Positions 28,880-38,181 of a stretch of 64,000 nucleotides of DNA are shown here, in pieces. The position numbers were made by a program, and so were the translations under genes. This stretch comes from an uncultured archaeon (GTDB lineage Archaea; Aenigmatarchaeota; Aenigmatarchaeia; PWEA01; JAGHBM01): the NCBI GenBank assembly GCA_964584335.1, contig CAZOZN010000001.1, positions 307,882-371,881 of the forward strand, written 5' to 3'. The notes below the pieces were generated by a model. That model did no database searches, was not told the DNA's origin, and saw only the letters and a program-made list of their open reading frames with translations. Every line of letters starts with the position of its first letter. Position 1 is the first letter of the stretch.

Positions 28880-29452
28880 ATGTTTAAGATAATAGAAGTA
28901 GAAGACTCTGTAAGAGTGCCACCAGAGAAATTTGGCAAAGACCTTGAAGAGTCTATAGGAGAAAGTGTACAGGAAAAATTTGAAGGTGTTTTCACTCCAG
29001 ACCTTGGAATAGTCTTGAACCTAGACGGAATAAAAGAAGTAGGAGAAGGTAAACTTATACCGGAAGATGGTGGAGTTTACTATTCAGCCAAGTTCAAACT
29101 TCTTGTATACATACCAGAGGAACATGAAATAACAATAGGAGAGGTAGTTGATATAACAGAATTTGGTGCTTTTGTTAGGATAGGTCCTGTTGATGCAATG
29201 ACACACATATCCCAAATAATGAATGATTATGTTAGTTATGATAAGAAAAATTCTACCTTAGTGGGTAGAGACAACAAAAAAACTCTGAAAGAAGGAGACA
29301 TAGTGAGAGCCAGAGTCATATCAGTTTCATTCACAAAGAACAACAGAGTAGGATTGACAATGAGACAGAATCGTTTGGGTGCTCTAAAATGGATGGAAGA
29401 CGAAAAGAAAAAAGAAGATCAGAAACAAAACAAAGAAGAAAATAAAAAATAG
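28880..29452 (+). CDS. rpoE1: RNA polymerase subunit E' (Rpo7)
   Basis: VRVPP..FG, DGGVY, FGAFVRIGPVD..HISQ, GLTMRQ..LG. Confidence 0.95.
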   Translation: MFKIIEVEDSVRVPPEKFGKDLEESIGESVQEKFEGVFTPDLGIVLNLDGIKEVGEGKLIPEDGGVYYSAKFKLLVYIPEEHEITIGEVVDITEFGAFVRIGPVDAMTHISQIMNDYVSYDKKNSTLVGRDNKKTLKEGDIVRARVISVSFTKNNRVGLTMRQNRLGALKWMEDEKKKEDQKQNKEENKK

Positions 29453-29460
29453 GTGATATT

Positions 29461-29652
29461 ATGGTCAGAGAAAAAGTATGTTCGGAATGCAAGAGATTTG
29501 TAAGGGGTGATATGTGTCCCGCATGCAAGACTTCAAAATTAACCAGAAACTGGAAGGGGTCTGCCATTATAATAGACCCGGAAAGTGAAATAGCAGAAAC
29601 ACTTGGAATAGAAGCTCCCGGAAGATATGCAATTTCTATATCTAAATTTTAG
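29461..29652 (+). CDS. spt4: Transcription elongation factor Spt4 (RpoE'')
   Basis: CSEC..CPAC..WKG..IIDPESEIA..GRYA. Confidence 0.94.
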   Translation: MVREKVCSECKRFVRGDMCPACKTSKLTRNWKGSAIIIDPESEIAETLGIEAPGRYAISISKF

Positions 29653-29661
29653 GTGATCAAA

Positions 29662-30180
29662 ATGAAAATAAAAATTACAGACACTAAGAAAAATCCTTTG
29701 ATGAAAAGAGAAGAAATTAAAGGAATTATAGAACACGAAGGAATGCCAACTCCTTCAAGAGCATCATTGCAAAAATACATATCAAAGGAAAATAAAATAG
29801 AGCAAAAACATGTCGACATAAGAAAGGTTTTCTCGGCTTCAGGAAGAGAGGACGCCAAGCTCATAGCATATATTTGGAAAGAAAAAGAGGTTCCTATATT
29901 AGCAGAAAAGAAATCCGAAGAGTCAAAGAAGGAAGAAACTAAAGAGAAGCCTAAAGAAGAGCCGGACAAAAAAGAATCTAAAGAAGAAAAGAAACCAGAA
30001 AAGGAAGAAAAACCTGAAGAGAAGAAAGAGGAAAAACCTGAAAAAGAGCCTGAAGAAAAGAAAGAAGAACCAAAAAAAGAGGAAAAGAAAGAGAAAAAGA
30101 ATAAAGAAAAAGAAGAACCAAAAAAAGAAACTTCCAAAGAGGACAAGAAAACAGAAAAGAAAGAAGACAAAAAGAAATAA
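29662..30180 (+). CDS. rps24e: Ribosomal protein S24e with Lys/Glu-rich C-terminal tail
   Basis: NPLMKREE...H.G.PTPSR; conserved position after spt4; KE tail of about 100 aa. Confidence 0.88.
   Translation: MKIKITDTKKNPLMKREEIKGIIEHEGMPTPSRASLQKYISKENKIEQKHVDIRKVFSASGREDAKLIAYIWKEKEVPILAEKKSEESKKEETKEKPKEEPDKKESKEEKKPEKEEKPEEKKEEKPEKEPEEKKEEPKKEEKKEKKNKEKEEPKKETSKEDKKTEKKEDKKK
29944..30167 (+). repeat. Copy 2 of ~225-bp dispersed repeat (S24e tail)
   Basis: Near-identical to 20424-20650, same reading frame. Confidence 0.92.
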
Positions 30181-30206
30181 AAAATCTAAAACAATAGGTC
30201 TGTTTC

Positions 30207-30860
30207 ATGTATATCATAATAGTAGGTGCAGGTGGTATAGGGAAGAAGCTTGTGCAACTTGCTCTGAAAGACAAGAACAATGTTATTGTAGTAGAAAAAG
30301 AACAGGAAAAATGCGAAGAGCTGGCAAGGAAGCAGGATGTTATAATAATAAACGCTGATGCTACAAAAGAAGAAACACTAAAAGAGGCTGAAATTAAAAA
30401 AGCTGATGCCCTTATAGCCACGACCGAAGACGATTCAATAAATTTAATGATAGTTTCTCTGGCGAAAAACATGAATGTGCCCATGCTTATTTCTGTGGTT
30501 AACAAAGAAGAAGCAAAACCTATGTTTGAGGAAAAGAAAGTTAATATAGTAAAAAATCCAGACGACCTAATGGCCGAATATCTATACAAATCACTCAAAC
30601 ATCCAACTGTTGACGACTTCATGCACGTTGGTGAAAATGCAGAGATGTTTACACTCCCTCTCTCAATGAAATCAAAATTCTCCGGAAAAAGTATCAAAAA
30701 AATCAAACTTCCTAAAAAATGCCTTATAGTAGCAATAGAAAGGGAAAAGGAATTTATAATACCGACAAACGAGGTAGAAATATATCCAGGAGACAAGATA
30801 ACTATACTGGCACCTTCAAAACAAGTTGACAAAGTAGCAAAGTTACTGGCGGGCAATTAG
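30207..30860 (+). CDS. trkA: TrkA potassium-uptake regulatory subunit
   Basis: GAGGIG RCK_N domain and RCK_C domain (IVAIER...GDKI). Confidence 0.92.
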   Translation: MYIIIVGAGGIGKKLVQLALKDKNNVIVVEKEQEKCEELARKQDVIIINADATKEETLKEAEIKKADALIATTEDDSINLMIVSLAKNMNVPMLISVVNKEEAKPMFEEKKVNIVKNPDDLMAEYLYKSLKHPTVDDFMHVGENAEMFTLPLSMKSKFSGKSIKKIKLPKKCLIVAIEREKEFIIPTNEVEIYPGDKITILAPSKQVDKVAKLLAGN

Positions 30861-30906
30861 ACTTCTATATTCTTTTTTTAAAGTATAAAATAACTATTAT
30901 TCAAAG

Positions 30907-32379
30907 GTGTGTTTATTGAGGGAAAGCATAAAAATAATATCAAGGGACCTTGGCTCTCTTCTTCTTGTTGGAGGAGTGCTATCAATTTTTACAATTATAA
31001 TACCATTTATCTTTAACGAGCTTGATGCAATAACACCCCTATTAATGACTACGGGCGTTTTTTTTCTTTCGGGAGGGCTTCTTTATATATCTGGAAGAAC
31101 AGAGGCTGAAACCAACTTCAAGAACGCAATGATAATAGCAGCTTTGGGTTGGCTTCTAATATCCGTTATAGGTTCTATCCCGTTTCTGTATATGTCTGAA
31201 TATGGAACAGGAGAAGGCATGGAACCTGTTGATGCTGTTTTTGAATCTTTTGCAGGATGGACTGGCACAGGCTTCAGTATGGTCTCAAACGAGGGAAAAC
31301 TTCCTTACACATTACAGTTCTGGCGTTCCTTAATACAGTGGGTGGGTGGTGTTGGTGTTATAGTTCTCACACTGGCTATACTCGCAAGACCCGGAACGGG
31401 TTCCTTTACCCTTTACAAATCGGAAGCGAGAGAGGAAAAAATGCACCCGTCAATACTTTCTACCGTTAAATCGATATGGTGGATATTTATAATTTACACG
31501 ATGCTTGGAATATCTCTTTTCTATATAACAGGCATGCCGCTTTGGGAATCAATAAATCATTGTATGACTGGTCTTTCTACGGGAGGATTCTCTATAACTG
31601 ACGAAAGCATGACCTATTACGGCTTCTGGACACAAGCTGCTATAATGATTATGATGGTAATTGGTGCAATAGCTTTCGCCGCACACCACAATCTTTTCAA
31701 GGGCAAGATTAGAAAGTTTTTTTCTGACCCCCAAGTGAAGGCACTAATCATATTGATAATATTCGGGGGCCTTTTACTATCAATCGTAAACTTCTTAACT
31801 CTTAACTACAGCAACTTCTTCGAGTCATTGAAAGATTCCATGTTTCAATACATATCCGCAATATCTTGCACTGGTTTCTACTCTGCTAACATTTCTTCTT
31901 GGAGTGACACGGCAAAACTATTGCTATCAATGGCAATGATAGTAGGAGGTGCCGCAGGTTCTACTGCGGGTGGTATAAAACTATTCAGAATAATATTACT
32001 GACCAATGGTATAGTTTGGAAAACCAAACACGCAACATCTAGCCCGAGAAGAGTTTTCAGTCACAAGCTGGGCAACAAGTTTTTATCGGGGGATGAATAC
32101 AAAAACGAGGTAAACGAATCAGCAATAATTTCGTTCCTATGGATAATATTTCTTTTTATCGGAATAGTTGCTTTTTCAATACTAATGCCAAAGCACGAAC
32201 TAATAAACATTGTTTTTGAAATTTGCTCGGCACAAGGAAATGTTGGGTTATCCTCGGGAATAACAAAAACCGCAATGCCGGATTTAGCAAAAATAATCAT
32301 GATGTTTAATATGTGGATAGGAAGGCTGGAAATAATACCTGTTGTGGTTTTGATTAGGTCCTTACTCGGGAAAAAATAA
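30907..32379 (+). CDS. trkH: TrkH potassium-uptake membrane subunit
   Basis: Pore loops GWTGTG, STGGF, CTGF, GNVG; GSTAGGIK, GRLEI; start may be TTG at 30916. Confidence 0.94.
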   Translation: MCLLRESIKIISRDLGSLLLVGGVLSIFTIIIPFIFNELDAITPLLMTTGVFFLSGGLLYISGRTEAETNFKNAMIIAALGWLLISVIGSIPFLYMSEYGTGEGMEPVDAVFESFAGWTGTGFSMVSNEGKLPYTLQFWRSLIQWVGGVGVIVLTLAILARPGTGSFTLYKSEAREEKMHPSILSTVKSIWWIFIIYTMLGISLFYITGMPLWESINHCMTGLSTGGFSITDESMTYYGFWTQAAIMIMMVIGAIAFAAHHNLFKGKIRKFFSDPQVKALIILIIFGGLLLSIVNFLTLNYSNFFESLKDSMFQYISAISCTGFYSANISSWSDTAKLLLSMAMIVGGAAGSTAGGIKLFRIILLTNGIVWKTKHATSSPRRVFSHKLGNKFLSGDEYKNEVNESAIISFLWIIFLFIGIVAFSILMPKHELINIVFEICSAQGNVGLSSGITKTAMPDLAKIIMMFNMWIGRLEIIPVVVLIRSLLGKK

Positions 32380-32380
32380 T

Positions 32381-32728
32381 TCAAATAAAAAATATAACAG
32401 AAAATCCAACCAGAAAACCAACCAAATAGAAAAAAATTCCGGCAATAACATTTTTTGATTTCCTTATTATTCCAAGTATAGAAAAAAAGGTTATCAGTAC
32501 AACAATAAAGTAGAGAAAACTGTAAAACTTCCAGCAATTGTAACCGAGATTAGAGACAACATCACCTCCCGTTTCGCAAAAATTCCTTGCAACAAAAAGA
32601 AAAAAATCTCCTTTGTCAGGAGAAACGCCCAAAATCAAACCAATGCCTGCAAAAAGACCGGCTATAACACCCTTAAAGAGAATATAAATACCGGCAAAAA
32701 GCATTTTTTTCCTTACTATATTGGGCAT
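32381..32728 (-). CDS. Small membrane protein
   Basis: 115-aa hydrophobic ORF coupled to the upstream gene. Confidence 0.6.
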   Translation of the reverse strand: MPNIVRKKMLFAGIYILFKGVIAGLFAGIGLILGVSPDKGDFFLFVARNFCETGGDVVSNLGYNCWKFYSFLYFIVVLITFFSILGIIRKSKNVIAGIFFYLVGFLVGFSVIFFI

Positions 32729-33780
32729 TAAATCACGTAACCCGTGGCATCCTCGGCTATACCTAAGCCATCCTCTTTTTTAATTAATTCATCTCCAGAT
32801 TCAAGCGAAAAACTCTTAACTTTTACAAGATTTTGTTCATAGGAAAGCTCTCCTATAAAGTTCAGCTTGAAATTTTTTTGCGCATAGTTCTCTGTAAGTA
32901 AAGTAAATTCCTTTCTCTTATCAGAACCATGCACTAAAAATTGCTTGTTCCTATTTCCAAACTTTCTAACTTTAACATCATCAAAATAATAATTTTTTCC
33001 GCTTTTTGAATCATGATAATAAGCACTTGTTCCGAACTTTTTACTAATTTTAGATATTTTTATATGGGGCTGTAAATAACTCAAAACAGATTTATCACTG
33101 AAATACAGTCGCCCCCAATACCAGGGAACATTGGGTAAAAGGGCATTTATTACAACCTTTTGTAAATAACACTGTCCATTGAATTTTGAACCATCCAGTT
33201 TACCCTCAAAATCAAGCAAAAGATTCAAATGGCCGAAACCCATTTTTCCCTTAAAGAATTCCATCAAGTCATATTCTCTATGGTCAGAGCCTCTGCTTGT
33301 TCTTATATCACAAACAGATTTTTTGCCGTCTTTCAAAACAAGATTGTAATTTGGATAAGAACCGGAAAATTCGAGATTAGCAGAGACTGAATCCAGAGAA
33401 ATGTTGCCACTCTCCATAGATATTACTGAAGGTCTTGTCTTTGACCTGAAAAAACTATTGTTAAAGAACCAGTAAGAAAATGGTCCAAACCTTTTGTTTT
33501 TATCTGAATAGTTATCAGAAATCTTACAGTCATCCACAACGTAATTCTTAATGTTCTGGTCTCCGAATGTGACCATAAACTGTTTTTTATTTTCTGTATC
33601 ATTTGATGTAAAAAGCATAAACCAGTATTCCTTTCCTCTTATAGGAAGACTTTCAAAAGAAAAAAACATCCTGTCTAAATCAGTCCACTTATCCCTTGAC
33701 AATACTTTTTTAAGATTCTTGAACTTTTTCTCTATGCTGTTTAGCTTATTTTGTATATTCTCAACAGAAAACTTATTCAT
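32728..33780 (-). CDS. Hypothetical beta-rich protein (tocopherol-cyclase/AttH-like?)
   Basis: 350 aa; EYWF, G.CYLQKV, PWYWGR motifs. Confidence 0.55.
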   Translation of the reverse strand: MNKFSVENIQNKLNSIEKKFKNLKKVLSRDKWTDLDRMFFSFESLPIRGKEYWFMLFTSNDTENKKQFMVTFGDQNIKNYVVDDCKISDNYSDKNKRFGPFSYWFFNNSFFRSKTRPSVISMESGNISLDSVSANLEFSGSYPNYNLVLKDGKKSVCDIRTSRGSDHREYDLMEFFKGKMGFGHLNLLLDFEGKLDGSKFNGQCYLQKVVINALLPNVPWYWGRLYFSDKSVLSYLQPHIKISKISKKFGTSAYYHDSKSGKNYYFDDVKVRKFGNRNKQFLVHGSDKRKEFTLLTENYAQKNFKLNFIGELSYEQNLVKVKSFSLESGDELIKKEDGLGIAEDATGYVI

Positions 33781-33879
33781 AAAAATACCTATCCTTATTT
33801 CTGTAATTTAATATAAAAATAAAAATTATCTTTAAAAATATATTTAAGTCTAATATTTTAATAATTAAGGGGTGATTGT

Positions 33880-34134
33880 GTGGAAGGTAAAAAAGTAGGT
33901 AAAATTACACATTACTTTAACAAAATAGGAGTTGCTGTAATAGAGCTTGAGGATAATCTGAAAGAAGGAGACAAAATAAAAATAAAGGGTTCAAATACCG
34001 ATTTTGACCAACCTGTAAAATCCATGCAAATAGAACACGAAAAAATAGAAGAAGCGAAGGCAGGACAAGCTATAGGCATGAAAGTTGCAGAACCCGTGAG
34101 AGAAGGAGACGAAGTCTTTATTATAGAAGAATAA
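33880..34134 (+). CDS. Translation elongation factor-like beta-barrel protein (U32 C-terminal/EF-Tu domain II-like)
   Basis: VGKITHYFNKIGVA..L..GD.I.IKG..TDF.Q.V.SMQIEH...VREGD.V. Confidence 0.85.
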   Translation: MEGKKVGKITHYFNKIGVAVIELEDNLKEGDKIKIKGSNTDFDQPVKSMQIEHEKIEEAKAGQAIGMKVAEPVREGDEVFIIEE

Positions 34135-34195
34135 ATTATTCTGGAAATATTATATCAATTAAACTTATAAATCTTAATCTCAATATGGTTTAGTT

Positions 34196-34864
34196 ATGAG
34201 AAGACATATTGAAAAATTAAACTTTAACAGAGATCCCAATCTGGGCCTATTTACAATACCGACGGAAGACTTTTGTATAGTCGGGAATACAATAATGAAA
34301 AAAGATATAGAAAAAATTAAAAAAATACTTGACGTAAAAATAATAAAAGGCAGGGTGGCAAACTCGGAACTGGTCGGTTTATTCTCTACAGCAAACAAAA
34401 ACGGTATAGTTCTGCCCAAAAACTCAAACGAAAAGGAAATAGAAAAATTTAAAAAAACTGGGCTGAACGTTTTGGTTGCGGATATAAAACAAACAGCAAT
34501 TGGCAATCTTATACTAGTTAATGACTATGGTTGTATAATACCAAAAGAATTAAACAAAATAAAAGGCGATTTAGAGGATTGTTTTGGAGTAAAAGTAAAA
34601 ACAAGCACAGTGGCAGGGCTTTCAATAGTAGGTTCCTGTGCATTTGCTACAAATAACGGGATACTTGCTCATTTAAAATGCAGTGAGGAAGAAATGAAGC
34701 TATTAGAAAGCGTATTAAGCGTCAAAGGAGAAATAGGAACGCTTGGTTTTGGTTCTCCTTTCATTGGGGCATCATTGGTGGCAAATTCAAAAGGATTTGT
34801 AATTCCAGAAGAAACTACAGGACCAGAGATACAAAGAGTTGACGAAGCGCTAGGATTTATATAG
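34196..34864 (+). CDS. eif6: Translation initiation factor 6
   Basis: N.G.F, LVG...N.NG, AIGNLIL.ND, VGS, GT...G.P.IG..ANS.G, TTGPE. Confidence 0.93.
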   Translation: MRRHIEKLNFNRDPNLGLFTIPTEDFCIVGNTIMKKDIEKIKKILDVKIIKGRVANSELVGLFSTANKNGIVLPKNSNEKEIEKFKKTGLNVLVADIKQTAIGNLILVNDYGCIIPKELNKIKGDLEDCFGVKVKTSTVAGLSIVGSCAFATNNGILAHLKCSEEEMKLLESVLSVKGEIGTLGFGSPFIGASLVANSKGFVIPEETTGPEIQRVDEALGFI

Positions 34865-34872
34865 GAGATATA

Positions 34873-35295
34873 ATGAACGAAAAAGAACAAAAAGGTTTTC
34901 AAGAGAAGCTTTATGTTTATCAAATGTTAAAAGAGCAAAAAAAATTATTCAGCGAACAATTATCTCTGCTAAAGGAAGCCATAGAAGAAGATGTAAGAAC
35001 AGAAAGAACTATAGAAAAACAGGAAAAGAAAAAAGGCAAAAAAGTAATGTGTCCTTTAGGAAGTGAGTGTTATTATATCAGTGAAATAAAAAACGCGGAA
35101 AAGATTATAGTAAATGTTGGTGCGGGTATACTAATCGAAAAAAACCTAAAAGAAGCAAAAAAATTTTTAAGTTCAAGAAAGACAGAGCTACAGATAAACA
35201 AAAACAACATAGAAAAAAAGCTCGAAAAAATAGAAAGAGAGTTAATAAAAATCGAGCCCGAAATACAGAGAATTCTTCAGAAAAATGAAGACTGA
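34873..35295 (+). CDS. pfdA: Prefoldin alpha subunit
   Basis: Coiled coils flanking PLG...IVNVGAG..IEK; adjacent to aIF6. Confidence 0.88.
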   Translation: MNEKEQKGFQEKLYVYQMLKEQKKLFSEQLSLLKEAIEEDVRTERTIEKQEKKKGKKVMCPLGSECYYISEIKNAEKIIVNVGAGILIEKNLKEAKKFLSSRKTELQINKNNIEKKLEKIERELIKIEPEIQRILQKNED

Positions 35296-35336
35296 AATAC
35301 AGAAAAATTTAAGTCTTTATCTAACATATTCTAGTT

Positions 35337-35768
35337 ATGAAAATAATAATATCGGGAAGTCTGGATTTTACAAACCAAATAAAAGAAATTTCGGAAAATC
35401 TAAAAAACATGGGTCACGAAGTAAAGATACCAAAAACAGCAGAAGATATCATAAATAAAAATTTGAGCCTTGAAAAAATAATAAAAGAAAAAAATAACGG
35501 AGAAATAGTAAAAAGGGGTATCCAGATAGATGCCATAAGAAAACACTACAAAAAAATAAAAGAAGCGGACGCCCTTCTAGTACTTAATTTCGACAAAAAA
35601 TCAATAAGGAATTATATAGGCGGTGCGACACTCATAGAAATGGGTTTCGCGCATGTACTCGATAAAAAAATATTTCTATTAAACGGAATACCTAGAATGA
35701 GTTACACTGACGAAATAGAAATAATGAATCCGGAAGTACTAAACGGAAATCTAGGAAAAATACAGTAA
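35337..35768 (+). CDS. Nucleoside 2-deoxyribosyltransferase-like protein
   Basis: IIISGS, KI.EADA.LV.N, YIG..T.IEMGFA..L.KKIFL. Confidence 0.7.
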   Translation: MKIIISGSLDFTNQIKEISENLKNMGHEVKIPKTAEDIINKNLSLEKIIKEKNNGEIVKRGIQIDAIRKHYKKIKEADALLVLNFDKKSIRNYIGGATLIEMGFAHVLDKKIFLLNGIPRMSYTDEIEIMNPEVLNGNLGKIQ

Positions 35769-35815
35769 AGAATAAATCCGAAGTTAATTTAAATAAGGTT
35801 TAACTAAAAATATTC

Positions 35816-36598
35816 ATGTTGGAAGGAATCTGGCTTAGGGAGGAATATAAAGATAATTTGCTCGCTATATTTTTCTTTGCACTTGTTTTCACACTTCTGG
35901 GAGTATTTCTGACTAAATATGTACTTCCAATAAGCCAGGGTCTGGTGTCCGTTTTCTTGATATCCTTGATAGGAGCATACCCCCTGATAACTTACCTGAG
36001 AAGCGAAGAAAAAAAAGAAATGGTAAAAAGGATATCTGAAGGAAAGCTAATTTTAAGACACTCAAACGAACTTGCAATATATCTTACATTTTTTCTGGGA
36101 GTAACTTTTGGATTTGTCATATCAGCATTTGTTTTTCCTGAGAGTTTTTTCTCAATTCAAATACAAATAATAGAAGGTATAAGAGGAGGGCCAATATCAG
36201 GAAATATAATAATAAGTAACATATTCGAAAAAATAATATCAAACAACCTTTGGGTTTTTTTCCTTACTTTTATAATATCTTTTCTATTCTCATCAGGAAT
36301 GGTTTTCATACTGGTATGGAACGCCTCGGTTCTTGGAGTTTTTATCGCAAAAGCTTCAGGTGGTGTGCATAACATACATATGCTGGCCCTTTCATATCTT
36401 CCGCATGGTTTGTTGGAGATAGCTTCTTACATACTGGCAGGTATAAGCGGGGCTCTTCTTTCTTACCAGTTCGGATACTACTACAAAACAAAAAAATATA
36501 ACAAAGAGACTTTCCTTATGGTAATTAAAGATGCGGGTGTTTTGATATTATCAGGTTTGTTGTGTCTGTTATTTGCAGGTTTAATAGAAGTGTTGTGA
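35816..36598 (+). CDS. Stage II sporulation protein M-like membrane protein
   Basis: I..NN..V, WNASVLG, LPHGLLEI, AG.IE. Confidence 0.85.
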   Translation: MLEGIWLREEYKDNLLAIFFFALVFTLLGVFLTKYVLPISQGLVSVFLISLIGAYPLITYLRSEEKKEMVKRISEGKLILRHSNELAIYLTFFLGVTFGFVISAFVFPESFFSIQIQIIEGIRGGPISGNIIISNIFEKIISNNLWVFFLTFIISFLFSSGMVFILVWNASVLGVFIAKASGGVHNIHMLALSYLPHGLLEIASYILAGISGALLSYQFGYYYKTKKYNKETFLMVIKDAGVLILSGLLCLLFAGLIEVL

Positions 36599-36602
36599 TT
36601 AG

Positions 36603-36902
36603 ATGATAAAAGAAGATTTGGATAAAAGACTGGAAGAAATTGAAACAAAAATACAGGAACTAGAAGATATGATACTTGACAACAAACTAAAAATAATGGA
36701 ACTGCAAAATAAAAAACCCGAGGAAAAAGAAAATATAAGTCTTGGAAAACCTGCTGAAGAAAAAAAATCGGATAAGAAAGATGACAAGCCTATAAAGAAA
36801 TTATTTAACATAAAAAAAATAGAAGAAGAGAAAAAAGGAGAAGAAGATGAACTTGGTCATAGGGCTAAAAAGATAAAAGACATGTTAAGGGATTTAAAAT
36901 GA
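36603..36902 (+). CDS. Hypothetical coiled-coil protein
   Basis: 99-aa charged ORF in operon, ATGA-coupled to the next gene. Confidence 0.65.
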   Translation: MIKEDLDKRLEEIETKIQELEDMILDNKLKIMELQNKKPEEKENISLGKPAEEKKSDKKDDKPIKKLFNIKKIEEEKKGEEDELGHRAKKIKDMLRDLK

Positions 36903-38173
36903 CTGACTTTAATGAAGACATAGCTGAAACAGTTAAGAGTACCGTAAAGGCGAATTTAGAAAGATGCGAAGAAAATTTTGTAAGAGATATGGAAAGTAGA
37001 ATTGAAAATGATTTTAAGCAGAGGATTGAAAATCTGGAGACAAAGGTAGAAAAAGATGTAGAGGATTTTCTAATTAAAAAATTTGATACAATGTTTGACA
37101 GTTTTGCTGAAGATATCAAAAAACAAATCAGTTCCAAAAAAGTGGGAAAGAGCGAAGACGTAAAAAACATAAAAGAAAGAATAAGAGAATTGATGGATAT
37201 ACAAGAAGAAATTATAGCAAAAATGCACCAAAAAAATAAAGAACCTTTAGAAGGAGATTTTAAAGAAAGATTAAGCAATCTGACTTACTCCGTAAAGGCC
37301 AATACATTAGAAATAAGAAAAAACATATCAAAAATAGAAGAACTTAAAAAAATGAAAATAGAAGATAAGTTTTCAGATACAGAAGATTTTATAAACAGGT
37401 TCAATAATTTAAGCTATTCCGTCAAGGCAAATACGAGAGAAATGGAAGATATTGTATCTCAAATAGAAGAAATAAAGAGAATGAGAAACAATATGAATTT
37501 TTTTGATACGGAAGGATTTACAAACAAAATAAAAGACATTAGTTATTCTGTTGAAGCAAACACAAGAGAAATAAGAAGAGTTATATCAAATCTCGAAAAC
37601 ATAAAAGAAAATACATTAAACAGAATAAACGGAATAAACAATAACGTAGAAGATAATGTAGAAAATACAAAAAATATGTTCTCTAGAGTTGAAAAAGACT
37701 TAGATGAAATTAGAGAGAATATGAAAAAATTGGAGAAAAACAAAGAAGAAAGAGTAATACAAAAAGTATTGCCGCCACCGCCTCAGGGATACAAGGAAGA
37801 CATAGAGAAGGTCAAGAAAGAATTAGAAGAAAACAAGAAATCGCTCATGGACGAAATAAACAGAGTAAACAAAAACATAAGCCCGTTGTTAAAAGGAAAC
37901 AAAGAAGAAATTGAAAAGGAAATTAATGAAAAAATATCAAAAATCGAGCAAAAAATAGAGCCCATGATAAATGAAAAGATGAAGAAGTCTTATGAAGATA
38001 TTGAAGAAAAGATAAGAGAAAATGAAAAAAATATAATCGAAAAAGAAAGGGATATCTTAGAAAAAATATCATTAATTGAAAGTACCACTCAACCAAGCGA
38101 AAAAAGCATTATAGATAAATCAATAGAAGAAATAAGAGAAGAGTTTGAGAGGCTTAAAAAGAAAAAGAATTAA
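36899..38173 (+). CDS. Long coiled-coil protein with three 43-aa internal repeats
   Basis: YSV(K/E)ANT(L/R)E at 129-bp spacing (37286, 37415, 37544); PPPP hinge. Confidence 0.75.
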   Translation: MTDFNEDIAETVKSTVKANLERCEENFVRDMESRIENDFKQRIENLETKVEKDVEDFLIKKFDTMFDSFAEDIKKQISSKKVGKSEDVKNIKERIRELMDIQEEIIAKMHQKNKEPLEGDFKERLSNLTYSVKANTLEIRKNISKIEELKKMKIEDKFSDTEDFINRFNNLSYSVKANTREMEDIVSQIEEIKRMRNNMNFFDTEGFTNKIKDISYSVEANTREIRRVISNLENIKENTLNRINGINNNVEDNVENTKNMFSRVEKDLDEIRENMKKLEKNKEERVIQKVLPPPPQGYKEDIEKVKKELEENKKSLMDEINRVNKNISPLLKGNKEEIEKEINEKISKIEQKIEPMINEKMKKSYEDIEEKIRENEKNIIEKERDILEKISLIESTTQPSEKSIIDKSIEEIREEFERLKKKKN

Positions 38174-38181
38174 AATTAGTA

